NCBI GenBank assembly: GCA_026770705.1
Contig: JANJGN010000041.1
Coordinates: 3,844,001-3,908,000, forward strand
DNA from: Isurus oxyrinchus
Taxonomy: Eukaryota
Length of the DNA: 64,000 nucleotides
Direction: 5' to 3'
How positions within the stretch are numbered: position 1 is the first letter of the stretch; each line of letters opens with the position of its first letter. The translations under genes were made by a program, and so were the position numbers. Under the pieces are notes generated by a model that saw only the letters and a program-made list of their open reading frames with translations, did not search any database and was not told where the DNA came from. Shown here in pieces: positions 38,220 to 52,090 of the stretch.

Positions 38220-41200
38220 ATGTGTTACAGAGCTGGGGGCTGTCACTGGCATATTAGAGTGGGTGACTGTCACAATGGTTACACAGCTGGTGACTGTAAC
38301 TTCGGTAACAAATTGTGGTGGAGACTGCAGCACTGTTTAAATGGAATAGGGTGCAGGCACTCTGCTTACACAGCTAAGGGCTGTCAGTACAGTGAAAGGA
38401 TGTGGGGACTGTCGCTATTGTTGCTGTGCTAGAGGGTAATCACTATGAAAAACGGATTGGGTGAAATGTTACTCAGGTTAAAGAGCTGGGGAACAGACAT
38501 TAAAGTAATTGATTGGTAAATTGTCCCTCAGGCTACAGAGCCAGGGACCAATCGTTATAGGAATTGATTGAGGAAACCATCGCTCATGTAACAGTGCCAG
38601 AGTTCACTCATGCATTGCATTGGCTGAGCAGACTATCAAACAGGTTACAGAGCAGGGGTCCACACATCATAGCAAATAATTGTGGAGACTGCCACTCAGG
38701 ATACAGATCCGGGAATGGTCACTATCACAATTGATTGGTTAGACAGTCACGTTACAAAGCCAGGGGCCACACACGCATTAAATACATTGGCAAGACTGTC
38801 ACTCAGGTTACAGAGACGGGACCCAGTCACTAAAATAATTGATCGGGGAGCCAGTGACTCAATGTACGGGTTCAGTGGCTGGTCAGTATCGAAATAGATT
38901 GGATTGTCACTCAGGTTATTAAAGAAAGGAACCATCAGAACTCCAAGTGTTTGGCGAGACTGTCACTGAGCTTACAGAGCAGGGGCCAGTCATTCGAGTA
39001 ATTGATTAGGGAATCTGTGACTCAGGTTGCATGCCCGCATGACAGTCAGTATATTAGTTGATTAGGGAGCCTGTCACTTAGGTTAAAGAGCAGTGGAGCA
39101 GTTTGTATAATAATTAATTGATGAAGCTTTCACTCAGGTTACAGGGCCAGGGATTATTCAGGATTGTAATTCATTGGGGAATCTGTCACTCAGGTTAGAG
39201 AGCGAAGGGCCTCTAAGTACCATAACAGTTTGCGAAGACTGTCACTCACGTTACAGACCAGGGCTCAGTCAGTATAGCGATTGATTGTGGAGTCTGTCAC
39301 TCATTTTGCAGTGTCAGTGGTCATTCGGAATCATTATTGTTTCGGGTCGCAGTCAGTTAGTTTATAGATCCGGTCTACTCATTTATAGCAATGGATTGGG
39401 GAGAATGCCAAACATGTTACAGAGCAGGGAGCCTGTCAGTACAGGAATTAAATGAAGGGACTTTCTCCCAGGTTACAGAGGCAGCGGGCAGCACAGTGTA
39501 GGAATCGATTGAAGAGACTGTCACCAAGGTAAACCGAGCCTGGACCAGTCATCGGGAGAATTTATTGAAAAGAATGCCACTCAGATTACAGTGCCAGGGG
39601 CTTGTCAGTAGATTAATTCACTGGGAAGTCTGTCGCTGAGGCATCAAGGATGGGGACCAGTCACAATATTAGTTGATTTGGGAGTCTGTCACCCAGGTAG
39701 CAGAGCCGGGGTTAGTCACTTTTGGAATGGATTTGAATGACTTTGACTCAGATTACAGAGCCAGGGGTCATTCAAGATTGTAATTCATTGGGGAGAATGT
39801 CAATCAAGTTACAGCGCCAGAGGTCATTCTCGATAGTATTTGATTTTGGAGAGTGCCAGTCAGGTTACAGAACTGGGAACAGTCACTAACAGAATTTATT
39901 GCGGAGATAGTCATTCTGAGCCAAGAGCCACTCATGAATGTGTAATTTAGTGAGGAGCCTTTCACGTAGGTTACAGAGTCGAGGCCCAGTCATGACAGCA
40001 ATTGACTGGGGATAATGTCATTCAGGTTAGAGAGTAGGGGCCCACTCAGGAATGTAATTGACTTCGGAGAATATCTCTCTATGCTTGCAGATTCAGTTGC
40101 CACAAGGTATTGTGATTAATTGAGGAGACTGTCACTCTGTTTACAGATCCAGAGAAACTCACTCTGGGAATTGTTTGAGGAAGGTTTCTCTCAGGTTAAA
40201 GAGCACGGGGCCAGGCAATATCGGAATTTCTTGAGGAGACTGTTACTCAGGATCCAGAGCCAGGCGTCAGTCAGAAGAGTAAATTTATGAAGAGGCTGTG
40301 ACTCAGGTTACAGAGCCCGAGCTCAGTCAGTATCGGAATAGATTGGGGAGACTGGCACTCAGCTAACGGTGCAGGGACCTTGTCACTAAAGGAATTCATT
40401 GAGGGACTGTCACTCAGGTTACAGAGCCGAGGACAGTCACAACATGAATTGATTGTAGAGACAATCACTCAGGAAACAGAGCCATCTATCATTAGCGACC
40501 ATAATTGATTTGAGGAGGCTGTCACTCAAGTCTTTGAGCAAGGCACCTGTCAATATTCTAATTGATTGGGGAGCCTGTCGCTCCGGTTAAAGGGCATGGG
40601 CCCAGTCAATAATTTATTTGATCGGGGAGGCTGTGACTTAGGTAACGAAGCCAGGGGCTTGTCTTTATAGTAATGGATTGGGTGGTCACTCAGGTTAGAG
40701 GAACAAGGGCCCGCCAGAACAGCAAGTGTTTGGAGAGAATGTCGCTCAGGCCTCGGGGCCAGTCAGTACAGTAACTGATATGGGAGCCTCTCACCCAGTT
40801 TAGAGAGCCTGGGACCAGTCTGTGTAGGAATTAATGGATGAGGCAGCCACACAGGTTGCAGAGCCAGGGATAAGTCCGAATTGTAATTGATTGGGGAATC
40901 TGCCACTCAGTTTAGGGGGTGAAGAGCCTCTTCGCACAGCAATAGTTTGCAGAGACTATTACTCACGTTACAGAACCGGGGCAGAGTCAGTGCAGTGATT
41001 GATTGGGAAAACATTCACTAATTTGACAGAGCCAGGGCCCTGTCAGTAAAGTAATTGATTCAGGACACAGTCACTCAGGTTACAGAGCCGGGGGCCATTC
41101 ACGTATTGCAATTTATTAGGGAGACTGCCAATCAGGTTATAGAGCAGGGAGACTGGCTCTGCAGGAATTGATTGAGGACACTATCTTTCAGGGTACAGAG

Positions 41201-41235
41201 CCAGAGGCCTGTCAGAATAATAACTTGGGAATCAC
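38220..41235. repeat. 56-bp satellite/minisatellite, about 50 diverged monomers
   Basis: Consensus by eye GACTGTCACTCAGGTTACAGAGCCAGGGACCAGTCAGTATAGTAATTGATTGGGGA; CACTCA recurs at 39131, 39187, 39243 and 39298. Confidence 0.92.
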
Positions 41236-41699
41236 TTAGTGCTAGGGGTAGGATGGTACAGAATTTGTAAGGTTCATCCTGAGGTCTTCTTGAGGCAACA
41301 TGTAGATAGATTAACGAGGGACGGGGTAATACTGGACCTGTTATTAGGGAATGAACCCGCCAGGTGGTCGAACTGTCATTGGGGAGCACTTCGGGAAAAG
41401 TGACAATATTTCAGTAATTTCAAGATACTGATGGATGAGGAGAACAGGAGTCTTGGGGTTAAGTTGCTTAATTTGGAAAAGGCTAATTATAACAATATTA
41501 GGCAGGAACTGAGAATTCCAGACTGGAGGTAGATGTTTGAGGGCAAATCAATAAGTGACATGTGAGGAGCTTTCAAATGTGAGTTACAACGAATTATTTC
41601 TATGTTCGCGGTCTGCTAATCATCATCAAAGTTAATAGTAACGACAGTGAATAGTTGAGAACATTCTGGCCATCGGCAGCCACAACCTGCCAATCGTAA

Positions 41700-43385
41700 T
41701 CATTGCTAATTGCCCCTAGCATCTTGTTTCTTTCCTCTGAGACTTGGCAAAATTATTCATTGGACTTCATTTCCATCAGTATGAATTTCAGCTAGCAATC
41801 TCTTATACAGGACTTCATCGGGTGTCCACTGCGTGTTGATACACCTAAAGCCCATAGACATTCCAATGTCAAATTATTGAGTAAGCACTTCAATAAACTT
41901 AATGATTTTTTCCGGTCATAACCTACCATTTATAAACCAATGATGACTTTCTCTGATTAGCATAAACATCTCTATCTGTCACACATTAGAGAGACTTGTG
42001 CTAATTTCCCGACAACTAAGGAAAACTAGTCTTACTGGCCGATAATTCAATGGTTTCCTTTGACATCGTTGTTTAATGGCGGAAAAAACAACAACATTTT
42101 CCACACTTAAGGGCTGGTAGCCAAGTATAGAAAACTGTGTAAGTACATGGGCAGATGCATCTACAACAAGGTCTTGAAATATTGTCATAATGTAGAGCTA
42201 TTGATTTCTCAATTTCTGTTATCCTGCTTACATTAACGTTGTTCAGCCATTGCTCTGATACAGTAATAATTTCCTTCTGTTGTCTAGCATGTTGATCACT
42301 CCATTTACATTGATTATTGATGGAATGTACTTATTCAACATGTCTGCCACCTCCTTATTTTGATGGACAATGGCGCCATTAACAGATATAACTTGCCTTA
42401 CATTGTTTCTGACTGTTCATTTCCAAAAAACATGGAACATCGGAAAAGGAGTACGTCGTTTGTCTCTCCTAACCTGCTCCACCATTTATTCTCATCATGG
42501 CTGATTCTCTAGAATGAGGCCATGCTCTCCCCCTCATCCCACATCTCTTCCAACCTTTCGTGTCCATAAATCTGTCGATTTCCTTCTTAAGCATATACAG
42601 TTATCTGACCTATACAGGGTTCTGTGGTAGAGAATTCCATATGTGTAATACTCTTTGAGTGAAAGCTATTTTTCTTCATCTTGTTCCTGAGTGGCCTGTC
42701 CCATATCCTGAGAATGTGACCCCCTTTTTCACGACCCCTCAGCCGGAGGAATCATCTTCACTGCTTCCAGTCTGTACATCCCTATCAAAATGGCATACGT
42801 TCCAATGTGATCCCCTGTCATTCATCTGAACGCCAGCAAAGTTGGTCTAAGCGGCCAAATTACTCCCCAGAAGACAAACGTGCCATCATTGGAGTCAATA
42901 TGGTGAAACTTCCCTGCACCCCCATGTGGCAGTATATCTTTAGTTTGGGACGGAGCCCAAAACTGCACGCGATACTCCAAGTGTGGTCTCATCAAGGCAC
43001 TATAAAGCTACAGTAAGGCTATATTTTTCCTGTACTCAAGTCCCCTGGCAATGAAACCTAACACACCATTTGCTTTCTCAACTGCTTCCTGAGCCGACAG
43101 GGTTGTTTTCAGTGATTGGTGTACTAGAACACCTATGTCCTATTTAAATCAACATTATCAACTCTATTAACATTTTTAAAAGTCTGCCCATTATATTTGT
43201 TGCCTAGCAATTTCGATCAATCCACACTTGTAGTCGTTATCTTTCATTTGTCATCAATTTGCCGCTCGGTTTACCTGTCTAAATCATCTTGAAGCCTCTT
43301 CACACCCTCCTGACCGCTCATATTGCCACCAAGTTCCGTGTTGTTAGCAACAATCGAAATATAACATTTTGTTCCCACATTCAAA
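41700..43385 (-). mobile_element. CR1 LINE fragments (RT piece, plus a separate 3' end starting about 42430)
   Basis: ORF 41979..42188 contains PLNYRPVRL; reverse CR1 tail catggaacatcggaaaaggagta at 42431. Confidence 0.65.
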
Positions 43386-43867
43386 TGATTTTAACCATTT
43401 CCTGCTCTTTGTATGTTTCCCATGTACCAGGATCGGTGTTTCAAGCATTTATTGAGATAATTATTTCCTTCCCTCTCATAACTTTTTCTTGTCCCCGACT
43501 TGACCTTGGATGTCTTTTTGGAAATTAGTTGTGTTGTAGGTTGGGACCTGTAACAAGTTGGGGCTTGTAAAAAATTAAATTATCTTTGAACAGCCTTCCA
43601 ATGTCATTTGCCCTTCTCATTGAAATGATTACCCCTTGTTATTTGTCAGATAATGAATAATCTCAGACACATTCAAGGATTTCCTCAACTTTCTAACATA
43701 TGCTGGTCTGCTTATCAGAAACATCATGGAATTTGCATTGACAAAGATGTACATAATTCATGTAACATTTTATTGCTAAAAAAACAGCTGATATTCAGGG
43801 AACGGGACTTGATCTCAGGAAGGAATGCGAAGGAAAGAAATGAAATGCAAAGAGATCGAGTAACGGC

Positions 43868-45480
43868 ATAGAAACATAGAAATAAAAATACGAACGGGAG
43901 TAGGCCATTCGACACTTCTATCCTCATCAGCCATTCATTATGATCATGGCTGATCATCCTACTCAATTTTCTGCTCACGCTTTCTGCGCATACTCGTTTG
44001 TGCCTCTCGCCCCAAGAGCAATATCCAACTCCCACTTGAAAACATAAAATATGTTGGCGTCAATTACTTTCTGTGGTAGCGAAGTCCAAAGGCCCACCAC
44101 TCTCTGAGTGAGGAAATGTCTCCTCATTTCAGTCCTTAAAGGTCTCCCTCGTATCCACAGAATGTGACCACTGGTTGTACTGTTCCCAACCATCGGGAAT
44201 GTCCTTCCTGCATTTGCTCCGCCTAGTCCTGTCAGAGCTTTATAGATTTCTATGTGATTCCCAATCATTCTTCTGAAGTCCAGTGAATAAAATCCTAACC
44301 GATTCAATGATCCCCTTCTATGTCAGTCCTGCTATTCCACCAAACAGTCTGTTAAACAGTCGCTGCACTTCCTCTATAGCAATAACATCCTTCCTCAGAT
44401 AAGGAGACCAAAGCTGCAGACAACATTGCAGATGTCGTCTTACCAAGGCTCTGTACAATTGCAGCAATACACCCCTGCTCCTGTCCTCTAACTTGCCTTA
44501 TTTACCATTTGTTGCACCTGCATGCTTAACTTCAGCGACTGGTTTACGTGGATACACCAGTCTATTTGCACATTCACCTCCCTCAATTTGTAGCCATTCA
44601 GATAATAATCTGCCTTCCTGTTTTTGCTACCAAATTGGATAACCACACATTTATCCACCTTATGCTGCATCTACCATGTATTTGTCCATTCACCCAGCTT
44701 GGCCAAGTCACACTGAAAAAAAGCTGCTTCCTCCTTACAGCTCACCCTCCCACTCAGCGTTGTCTCACTGCAAATTCGGAGACACTACATTTAATTCCCT
44801 CATCCAAATCATTAATATATGTTAGAAATAGCTGTGGACCCATCACTGATCCCTGCGTTGACCTTTAGTCACTGCCTACCTACTGGAAACAAAATCCACT
44901 TATTCCTACACTTGTTTCCTGTCTGCCAACAAGTTTTATATCCATCTCAATACACAACCCCCAACCTCATCCGCTTTAATTTTACACGCCCGTCTCTTAC
45001 GTGGGACTTTGTCGAAAGCCTTCCGAATGTCCAATGCAACCAAATCAATTGGCTCCGCTTCATCAACTCTACGAGTTCCATCCTTGAAAAATTCCAATAA
45101 ATTTATCAAGCGTGATTTCCTTTTCATAAATCCATACTGAAACAGCCCGATTCCGCCACTGTCTTCCAACTGCACAGTTGTGAAATCTTTCATAATTTAC
45201 TCTAGAATTTTCCCCACTACCAATGACAGGCTGTTCTATAATTCGCTGTTTTCCTTTCACCACAATATTTAAATAGTGCGGTTACATTAGCTATCCTCCA
45301 ATCTGTCAGAACTGTTCCAGAGTCTTTAGAATGTTGGAAGATGTCCACCAATGCATCCATTATGTATGGGGCCTCCTCCTTAAGTAATCATTGATGTAGA
45401 TTTTCAGGCTCTGGGGATAAATGGCCTTCAATCCCATTAACTTCTCCTACACAATTTCTCTACTATTAATGATTCTTTCA
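43868..45480 (-). mobile_element. CR1 LINE RT and 3' end
   Basis: Tail catagaaacatagaaa...ggagtaggccattcga; minus ORFs QYGFMKRKSRLINLLEFF...LDIRKAFDKVP, KCVVIQFGSKN and RLGFYSLDFRRMIG. Confidence 0.9.
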
Positions 45481-46019
45481 GTTCCTACCTTGAAAATTGG
45501 AATAGGACACTTCAAGTCCAGCATCCTGATAATAACTCAGAACAAATCCACTGAAAATGATGAAAAAACTCATCTTTCTGATAGTTTTAATGCTCATTCT
45601 GCCCAGTCCCATTGTTGGAGGGATGTCCCCACTGAGCCATAGAGGTATATGGTTCTAAATTTCTCTGATCACTCAGTAGCCAGTTTTCATACTGTTTGAT
45701 ATTTTTTTAATTTTATGTTTCAAATTCATGTTTTAATGGGCTGAATTAAGATGATTCTGCGTGAGGCTGAAAGATTTAACATTAAACATTTCTACAGGTT
45801 AATTCACTGAATGTTTAGCCACTAGTTGAGCAGCTAGAGGGAATGGCGGTTGTTGGGAGCTGATCTGAACACAGCACCAAAAAAGGGGCAGTGCCGGCTG
45901 GTGGATCACAAGCGGACGAATGACCTGCAAACGAGACTCTAGAGTTGGTCTTACACATACGCACCTCGTAGGGGTGGAACCCAGTAACCCCCCGCGATCA
46001 CTGCTACCTGCTGTGAAGT

Positions 46020-46330
46020 GCGAAAGTGCGGAATATATGTGTGGACAGTGTGCCGGGAGGATGCTGCACTGTTCGATGTGCCAATGTTTGGATGAAACAT
46101 ATAATAGAGATCCAGTCCACCTCTTCATCAGAAAGAGTATGTCAGACAAATGATTTGAACATCTGGCAGATTGTGGTGTCCTGGAAGAACACCACTCTCT
46201 CAACATCACCTGAGTTTCCTCAGACTGTCTAATGTCAGTCTCCGTTCATGGGAGTTTGCTGAAAGCTGGCTGGCTGCAGTGTTTTCCATAAAACAGTCTC
46301 GGAATTGCGGAAAATACCGATGGTCTCATA
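46020..46330 (+). mobile_element. DeuSINE (SacSINE1-like), decayed
   Basis: gggaggatgctgcactgttcgatgtgcc...ttggatgaaac...ggtgtcctgg...caacatcac...gggagtttgctg resembles the Deu domain. Confidence 0.65.
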
Positions 46331-47759
46331 AAATCTTTGCACCGTTCAATGACAAGAATTAGCTCGATTTAAATGTTGTAGCTTTTATTTGACTATCTCT
46401 GGTCTCAGATTGTGAGTGCAGTCGTGCCCCCACTGAGAAAAAAATCTTGGAATGACTTTCATCCAAAGCGCGTGTCTGTAAAGATCCAGGGGAGGGAGGG
46501 AAGTGTGGGCTCTAATTAAATAGATGCACGTTCCTACTTTATTTCGGTTTGCAGGGTTACCATGTTTCGGCAGTGTGAATGGAGGAAGTTATAGGATTTA
46601 GATGTCTGAAAGCAACAACCGTTTTGCCTTCCGTGAAAGGAACAAGATGGTTTACTACAGACCAAAACGGTAACATCCAGTGATGGATTTCTGGCATCAT
46701 TTGTTCTCCAATCTCTTAGTGAATGATATATTCGTTAATTGGAATCAAGCTCTGTTTGATGGTTTAAATCAATGACCCTTGACCCTGTATAACTGCTGTC
46801 TGAATAATGGGCTGCTCTCTGAAACAAAACTTATTGCATTAATCACATCCTATTGCCTGTGTCTACTTTCACTTTGAGATAAGGATGTCTCATGACAAGG
46901 TGAATAAGGACGTTATGAGGCTGGACGAAGATGTGGGAATTACACGGAATGGGATGAGGAGTTCACTGAGGTGAACCTGTGAAATTTCAGAAAAACACAT
47001 TCAGAAGCCCACCGGATAAAACAGGTGTCTCAGGGTGTCAGCACTCTGAACATTTACGGACTAAGATATCTCACAAATATCTGGGTGCAGAAAAGCCGCT
47101 CAGGGTTTTGAAGTGGACGGTGAGAGGGGGTCAGAATTGAGGTATTGTTTCCAGGATTGGGAAGGGGCACGGAGGGAGGTTCAGTATTTCAGCGCACGGG
47201 GAAGTGTCTAGGCCTTAGGAACTATGTGCATTAGCCGGTCATTCGGGCAATTTTTCTGTTCCTTCATTTAATAGTAACATGGCTGATATGATTGTGCCCT
47301 CATGTTCATGCCCTGCCAATCCCAACACCATTTGACTCACTTGGTATTCAAGAATAAAATGATCGTAACTGCTGAAATGTTGATAAGCTGGACATTTTTG
47401 CAGGTTCAAGAAGAATCTCCATCATTTCCATTGAGGGAGCAGCATAACTGAATGGCAATTTCTTACTTTACATGTCTTCACGGGAATTGACTGAGTTTTG
47501 CAGGAAGCAGCATTCAGACACTTTTGGGAAACCTATGCTCTCGGTGTTCATACCAAGGCTCTACCAACTGATTTATCCCCGCACAGGGCAGACAAATGCA
47601 CTTGCTCTGTTTCGAAACAGAATTTTCTAGCGTGTCAGGGAAACTTGAAAACCATTTGCAGTTCGGCAGATGGTAAGTAGTTCACAGGATGTTGAAGTTG
47701 ATCTGAGTCTGGTGAGTGAGGCAAAGCAATGGGAAAGAGTATCATTTGTTGGGGACTCA

Positions 47760-48240
47760 CTTCAATGTCTGACGAAGTGAGCGCAGAGTGTTGGGAAGGT
47801 TTTAATTGGGTGCTGAAGGAAGATCAAAGGGATGCGAAGAATTTCAGAGGGTGTAGGTCTGGGAAGAGGTTGATCAGAGGATGGGGGAAGTTTCAGTCGG
47901 CAGTGAAGTGAGATCGAGGGCTGAGAAGAATTTCAGCGGGTGTTTTAGGGCCACCAGATATTTTGGGAAGAGTTTCAGTAGGTAGGGGAGATCAGATCAA
48001 TGGCACGTATTTTAGTGGATGGGAAATGATGATTAGAATGTTGGGATGAGATTAACTGAGTGGAGAAAGAAGATGAGACGGCTGTAGAGAGTTCCTCTGC
48101 ATGGGAAAGGGCGATCAGATGGCTGAAAAGAGTTTCAGTCGGTGGGGAAGGGTAATAAGGGGGACTGAAGGGCTTTAGTAGATGTGCAATATTGTCAGGA
48201 GGCAGGAAGTATGGTCAGCCGTGATGGAGATGTTATGGTC
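47760..48240. repeat. Degenerate purine-rich ~40-bp minisatellite
   Basis: tttcag recurs at 47891, 47931, 47973 and 48133 with similar gggaag...gatcag flanks. Confidence 0.55.
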
Positions 48241-48479
48241 TCGTTATGTGGTGTAGAGAAGCAGAAGTACTCCAAATGAGTATTGAATTCACATTCACAA
48301 TGGGTTTACTGGCCTCCTTCAGTGTTTATGTTCATCCTTTCCATTTTTCTATGAAAGGATATATATTGTGGGTCTCAAATTCAAGATCCAAGAACATTAA
48401 AAACAATGGCGTCCTTTTAAAATGTACTCACTGCAGTTGGAAATACCGCAAAGACATTTCACTCATGTGAAGTAGGGCA

Positions 48480-48910
48480 GCTACTGGACTGCAGAAAATC
48501 AAATGTTGAGAGAAGAGAAGCCTGGGAGAGGAAGGGTGAAATTAAGGGACGGAATAGAATGGAAGTGGGTGAATGGAGAAAACACGTTAAAGGCAGAGAG
48601 TTTGAGGGATTTAGTTCCAGAGTTAATATCCCAGGCAGCTGAAGGCATGGCCACCGATGCTGGAGAGATTGAAGCCTTGGTTGCCGCACGATTTGACGTG
48701 TGGAGATGCCTCACAGCGTTGCAGGGCTGGATGGTCTTTCAGAGACAGGGACAGTAAAGACTATATTGTGCTTTCACAAAATTGAGTTGAATTGTAATTC
48801 TGAGACCAAGAATCAATGCAGGTCAACAAGGACGGGGATGATGGGTGAACGGTTTTTGGTGAGAATTCAGATATGGGAAATATTTCTTTCTAATGATCTG
48901 GAGGATGCAA
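48480..48910 (-). mobile_element. L2 LINE 3' fragment
   Basis: ttccagag...caggcagctgaaggcatggccacc is the reverse of the L2-type 3' region also seen on the plus strand at about 63440-63500. Confidence 0.55.
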
Positions 48911-49329
48911 AATCAGACGTTCACCAGCATCTGCATTGGGACACTCGGGTGCTTCTGTATTTCAGCATACCACATCTGAGAGTTCAGCAATATCTCAGTT
49001 TTTAGACCATATGATTATTTTTTAAACAGCTTTTTTCCTGCCACTGTGGGCAATTTCCCATTCTCCCACATTAGACTCAATTTTCCAGTTCTTTCTCATT
49101 AACATAACCTGTGTAGTTATTTTTACCGTCTGCTTATGTCATCATCACAATTTACTTTCCTACCTGCATCAAAGTCATCCACAAATTTAGCACTGACTGC
49201 CTAAGTATGTTATATATGGTGCATATGTTCCTGAACCCTGGATCAGCATCTGCAAACGACCCCACCTAAGAAGGAGGCAATGTCGTTGATTTAGCAGCAA
49301 AAAATGTTTTGAATGGGAGACCTGGAAGT

Positions 49330-50370
49330 ATAGTGGGCCAAGTGCTATGGCATGAGGCAAGTGTGGCACGTATTGACATTGGCAAGTATGATGTGGTAGG
49401 CATCATGCAGACATGGCTGCAAGGGGATCAATACTGGTAGCTAAATATCCAAAGATATACACCTTATCGAAAAGATAAGCAGGATGGCAGAGGGTAGGGG
49501 TTGCTTTGTGAGTAAGAAATGAAATTAAATTGATAGCTAAAAGTGACGTTGGGTCGGATGATGTGGAATCTGCATGGGTAGAGTTGAGGAGCCGCAAAGG
49601 TGAAATAAAAACATAACGTTAGTTATGTACAGGCCTCCGAACAGGAGACAGGACGTGGGGCACAAGATACAGCAGGAGATCGAATGGGCATGTAGGAAAG
49701 ACATGGTTAAAGTGATCATGGGGATTTCAATATGCAGGTAGACTGGGAAAATCAGGTTGGTAGTCAATCCCAAGAAAAGGAAATTGTGGAATGTCTACGA
49801 GATGGCTTTTTGGAGCAGCTTGTGGTTGAGCCAATAGGGTTGAGGGAATTCTAGTTTTAGTGACGTGTAAAGAGGCACATTTGAAAAGGGAGCTTACGTT
49901 GGAGGACCTCTTAGGAGAAAGTCACCAAAATATTATAGAATTAACGCTGCAATTTGAGAGGAAAAATCTGGAATCAGATGTAACGGTATGGCAGTTGATA
50001 AAAGGCAACTACAGAGGCATAAGGGAGGAACTGGACGGTATTACTGGGAGATGAGCCTAGCAGGAAAGACAATGGAAAAGCAATGGCAGGATTTTCTGGA
50101 AATAAATTGGGAGGCACAGCAAAAAATGTTCCATAGGAAGAAGAAGCATTCTGAAGGGATGACGAGACAACCATGGCTGACAAAGGAAATCAGGGACAGC
50201 ATAAATGCTAAAGAGAAAGCATAAAATTCAACGAATAGCAGTGGGAAACCAGGAGATTAGGAAGTCTACAAAGACCAACAGAGGAAAACTAAAAAAAAGA
50301 AATAAGGAGTGAGAAGATTAAATATAAGGGTAAAGTGGCCAGTAATAGAAAAGAAGATAGCAAGAGTTTT
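49330..50370 (+). mobile_element. CR1 LINE ORF2 endonuclease fragment
   Basis: YDVVGIMQTWL, VMYRPPN, IMGDFNMQVDW-like (frameshifted), ECLRDGFLEQLVVEP, QPWLTKEIRDSI. Confidence 0.85.
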
Positions 50371-50375
50371 TTTTT

Positions 50376-50690
50376 TCACACTCACACACACAGACATGCG
50401 TGCACACATGCATCATGAACACACACAATCTCTCACAAATACAGATACTCTCTCATGCACATCTTTCTATCTCAAACGCTCTCTCTCATACACATATTCT
50501 CTCTCTCACTCTCTCTCCACTCTCACGCACAAACCCCATTATTCACACACTCTCTTTGAGAGACGAGCTTACGCAGTCTGTCTCTCACAAACACTCTCTC
50601 TCACAAGAACACTCTCACGCTCTCACTAACACTCTCTCACACACATGCTCTCTCCAACAATGACCTGATACATCACATCGCCAAACACAC
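50376..50690. repeat. Degenerate (CA)n/(CT)n microsatellite tract
   Basis: Direct observation. Confidence 0.85.
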
Positions 50691-51241
50691 ACTTCTGGTG
50701 TACCCAGTATATCACCCTTCTTCTCCTGAGATGTTTAAATATCAACCATACTCCCACAATGCACCTGTTAAATATCCCCACATCTCCGATGAACCTGGGA
50801 TAGAGACAATCTCCTTGTAGCTGTTATATTGCCCTCTTGCCCTTTTGTGCCTAGAATAAACTCGAAGCCCATGTACCTATCTCATCCCTCCGTTGGCCCG
50901 TGATATACTTCACCCCTCGTTGCGCTGGCTGCTTTTGTTGATGTCCAGGTTGCAATGACAACCATGAGTGGGCGGGGCAAGTGATGACTCTTCGTTTCAC
51001 TCTCTGTGCTCCAGTCAATCTGGGCCTCTGTGCATGGCTGACAAGCAACACCATGTGGGACAGACTCTGTCCATTTTCTCTTTCAGCATAAGGACAGCAC
51101 AGCCCCAAACCCCTCTGCTGCTGCCAACCTAACAACAGCCACTCTAACAATGGAAATACAAAATAAATTTGAAACATAATGGACATTCGCAGTCAGTCAT
51201 TGTTCAGATCGTTGCACGGATTGATGCATTCGAGGAACGGG

Positions 51242-52090
51242 TTATCTCAGCACATTCGTTAAGTGCTGCTTGAACTTAGGCTGGGTCACGGCATAAATCC
51301 CAGTGTTTGTGCAGCAACTCAGGAGCTGCAGCATGAAACCCAATTCCATCACAATTTAAACTATATCAACTTGCATATTCCTCAAGAACGATATTCAGTC
51401 TCAGATAGAAACAACATTAATATTCCCAACAACAGGATGAAACGAGATAACGAGCAGTGAAATAATTGATTTCCTCCTACATTCCATCTCTGGATCTCTG
51501 GCACTATCCCTGCTGCTTTGAGACCGGAGTCTCTTTGCGGGGACAGCTTTTTAATAAAATGTGTCTCAGGGTGAGATCATTGAGCAGCAGAATCAGGAAA
51601 AATGCGACACGGGGTGAGAATGTAATGGAGAAATTCTATCGTTACCCAGGCCCGAGAGAGCTGAAGAGAAATAGTTACATCACAAAAACCATGAGGCGTT
51701 CCTCAGTAAACAATAACCTGTGAGCATAATATACCAGGTGATCTTCTTTAAACAGCTCAGAGCCGTCACTGTTCCCAGAATCACAGCCGCCATTTTCTCC
51801 ATACAATATTTACTGTTCAGATTCTGGTGACAAATAGCGACAAATCCATAACAGGTGAGAGTGACTGTGAACCAGACAGAACAGCCACTGGCGGAATATA
51901 GGAGGACGGTATGGACATTACACAAACTAAGAAAATACAGGATATTAAACCCTGTAATGTGTCTCAATATCAGGTCCAGGATTACGACCAATAGATCCGC
52001 CACTGACATGGCCACCAGGGAGCGAGAGGCACATGTGTAAACACCACACTTTCTCCGAGAAACGATGACCAATTGGCAACAAAATAACCA
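51242..52090 (-). pseudogene. GPR139-like GPCR pseudogene, exon 2
   Basis: SRRKCG...VAMSVADLLVVI...CSVWFTVTLTCYGFVAIC (DRF lost); +1 frameshift in a T run at about 51685, then CDVT...AWVTIEFLHYILTPC, further frameshifts, DPEMECRRKSII, and LQLLSCCTNTGIYAVTQPKFK to a stop at 51242. Confidence 0.9.

Noticed and set aside
38220-41235. CRISPR-like periodicity in this satellite and in the 36-37-bp and 42-bp arrays
   Set aside because: The whole unit repeats with no unique spacers, there are no cas genes, and the context is eukaryotic.
46100-46135. CTGATGA on the minus strand (hammerhead core half)
   Set aside because: No stem II/GAAA partner; it lies inside a DeuSINE.
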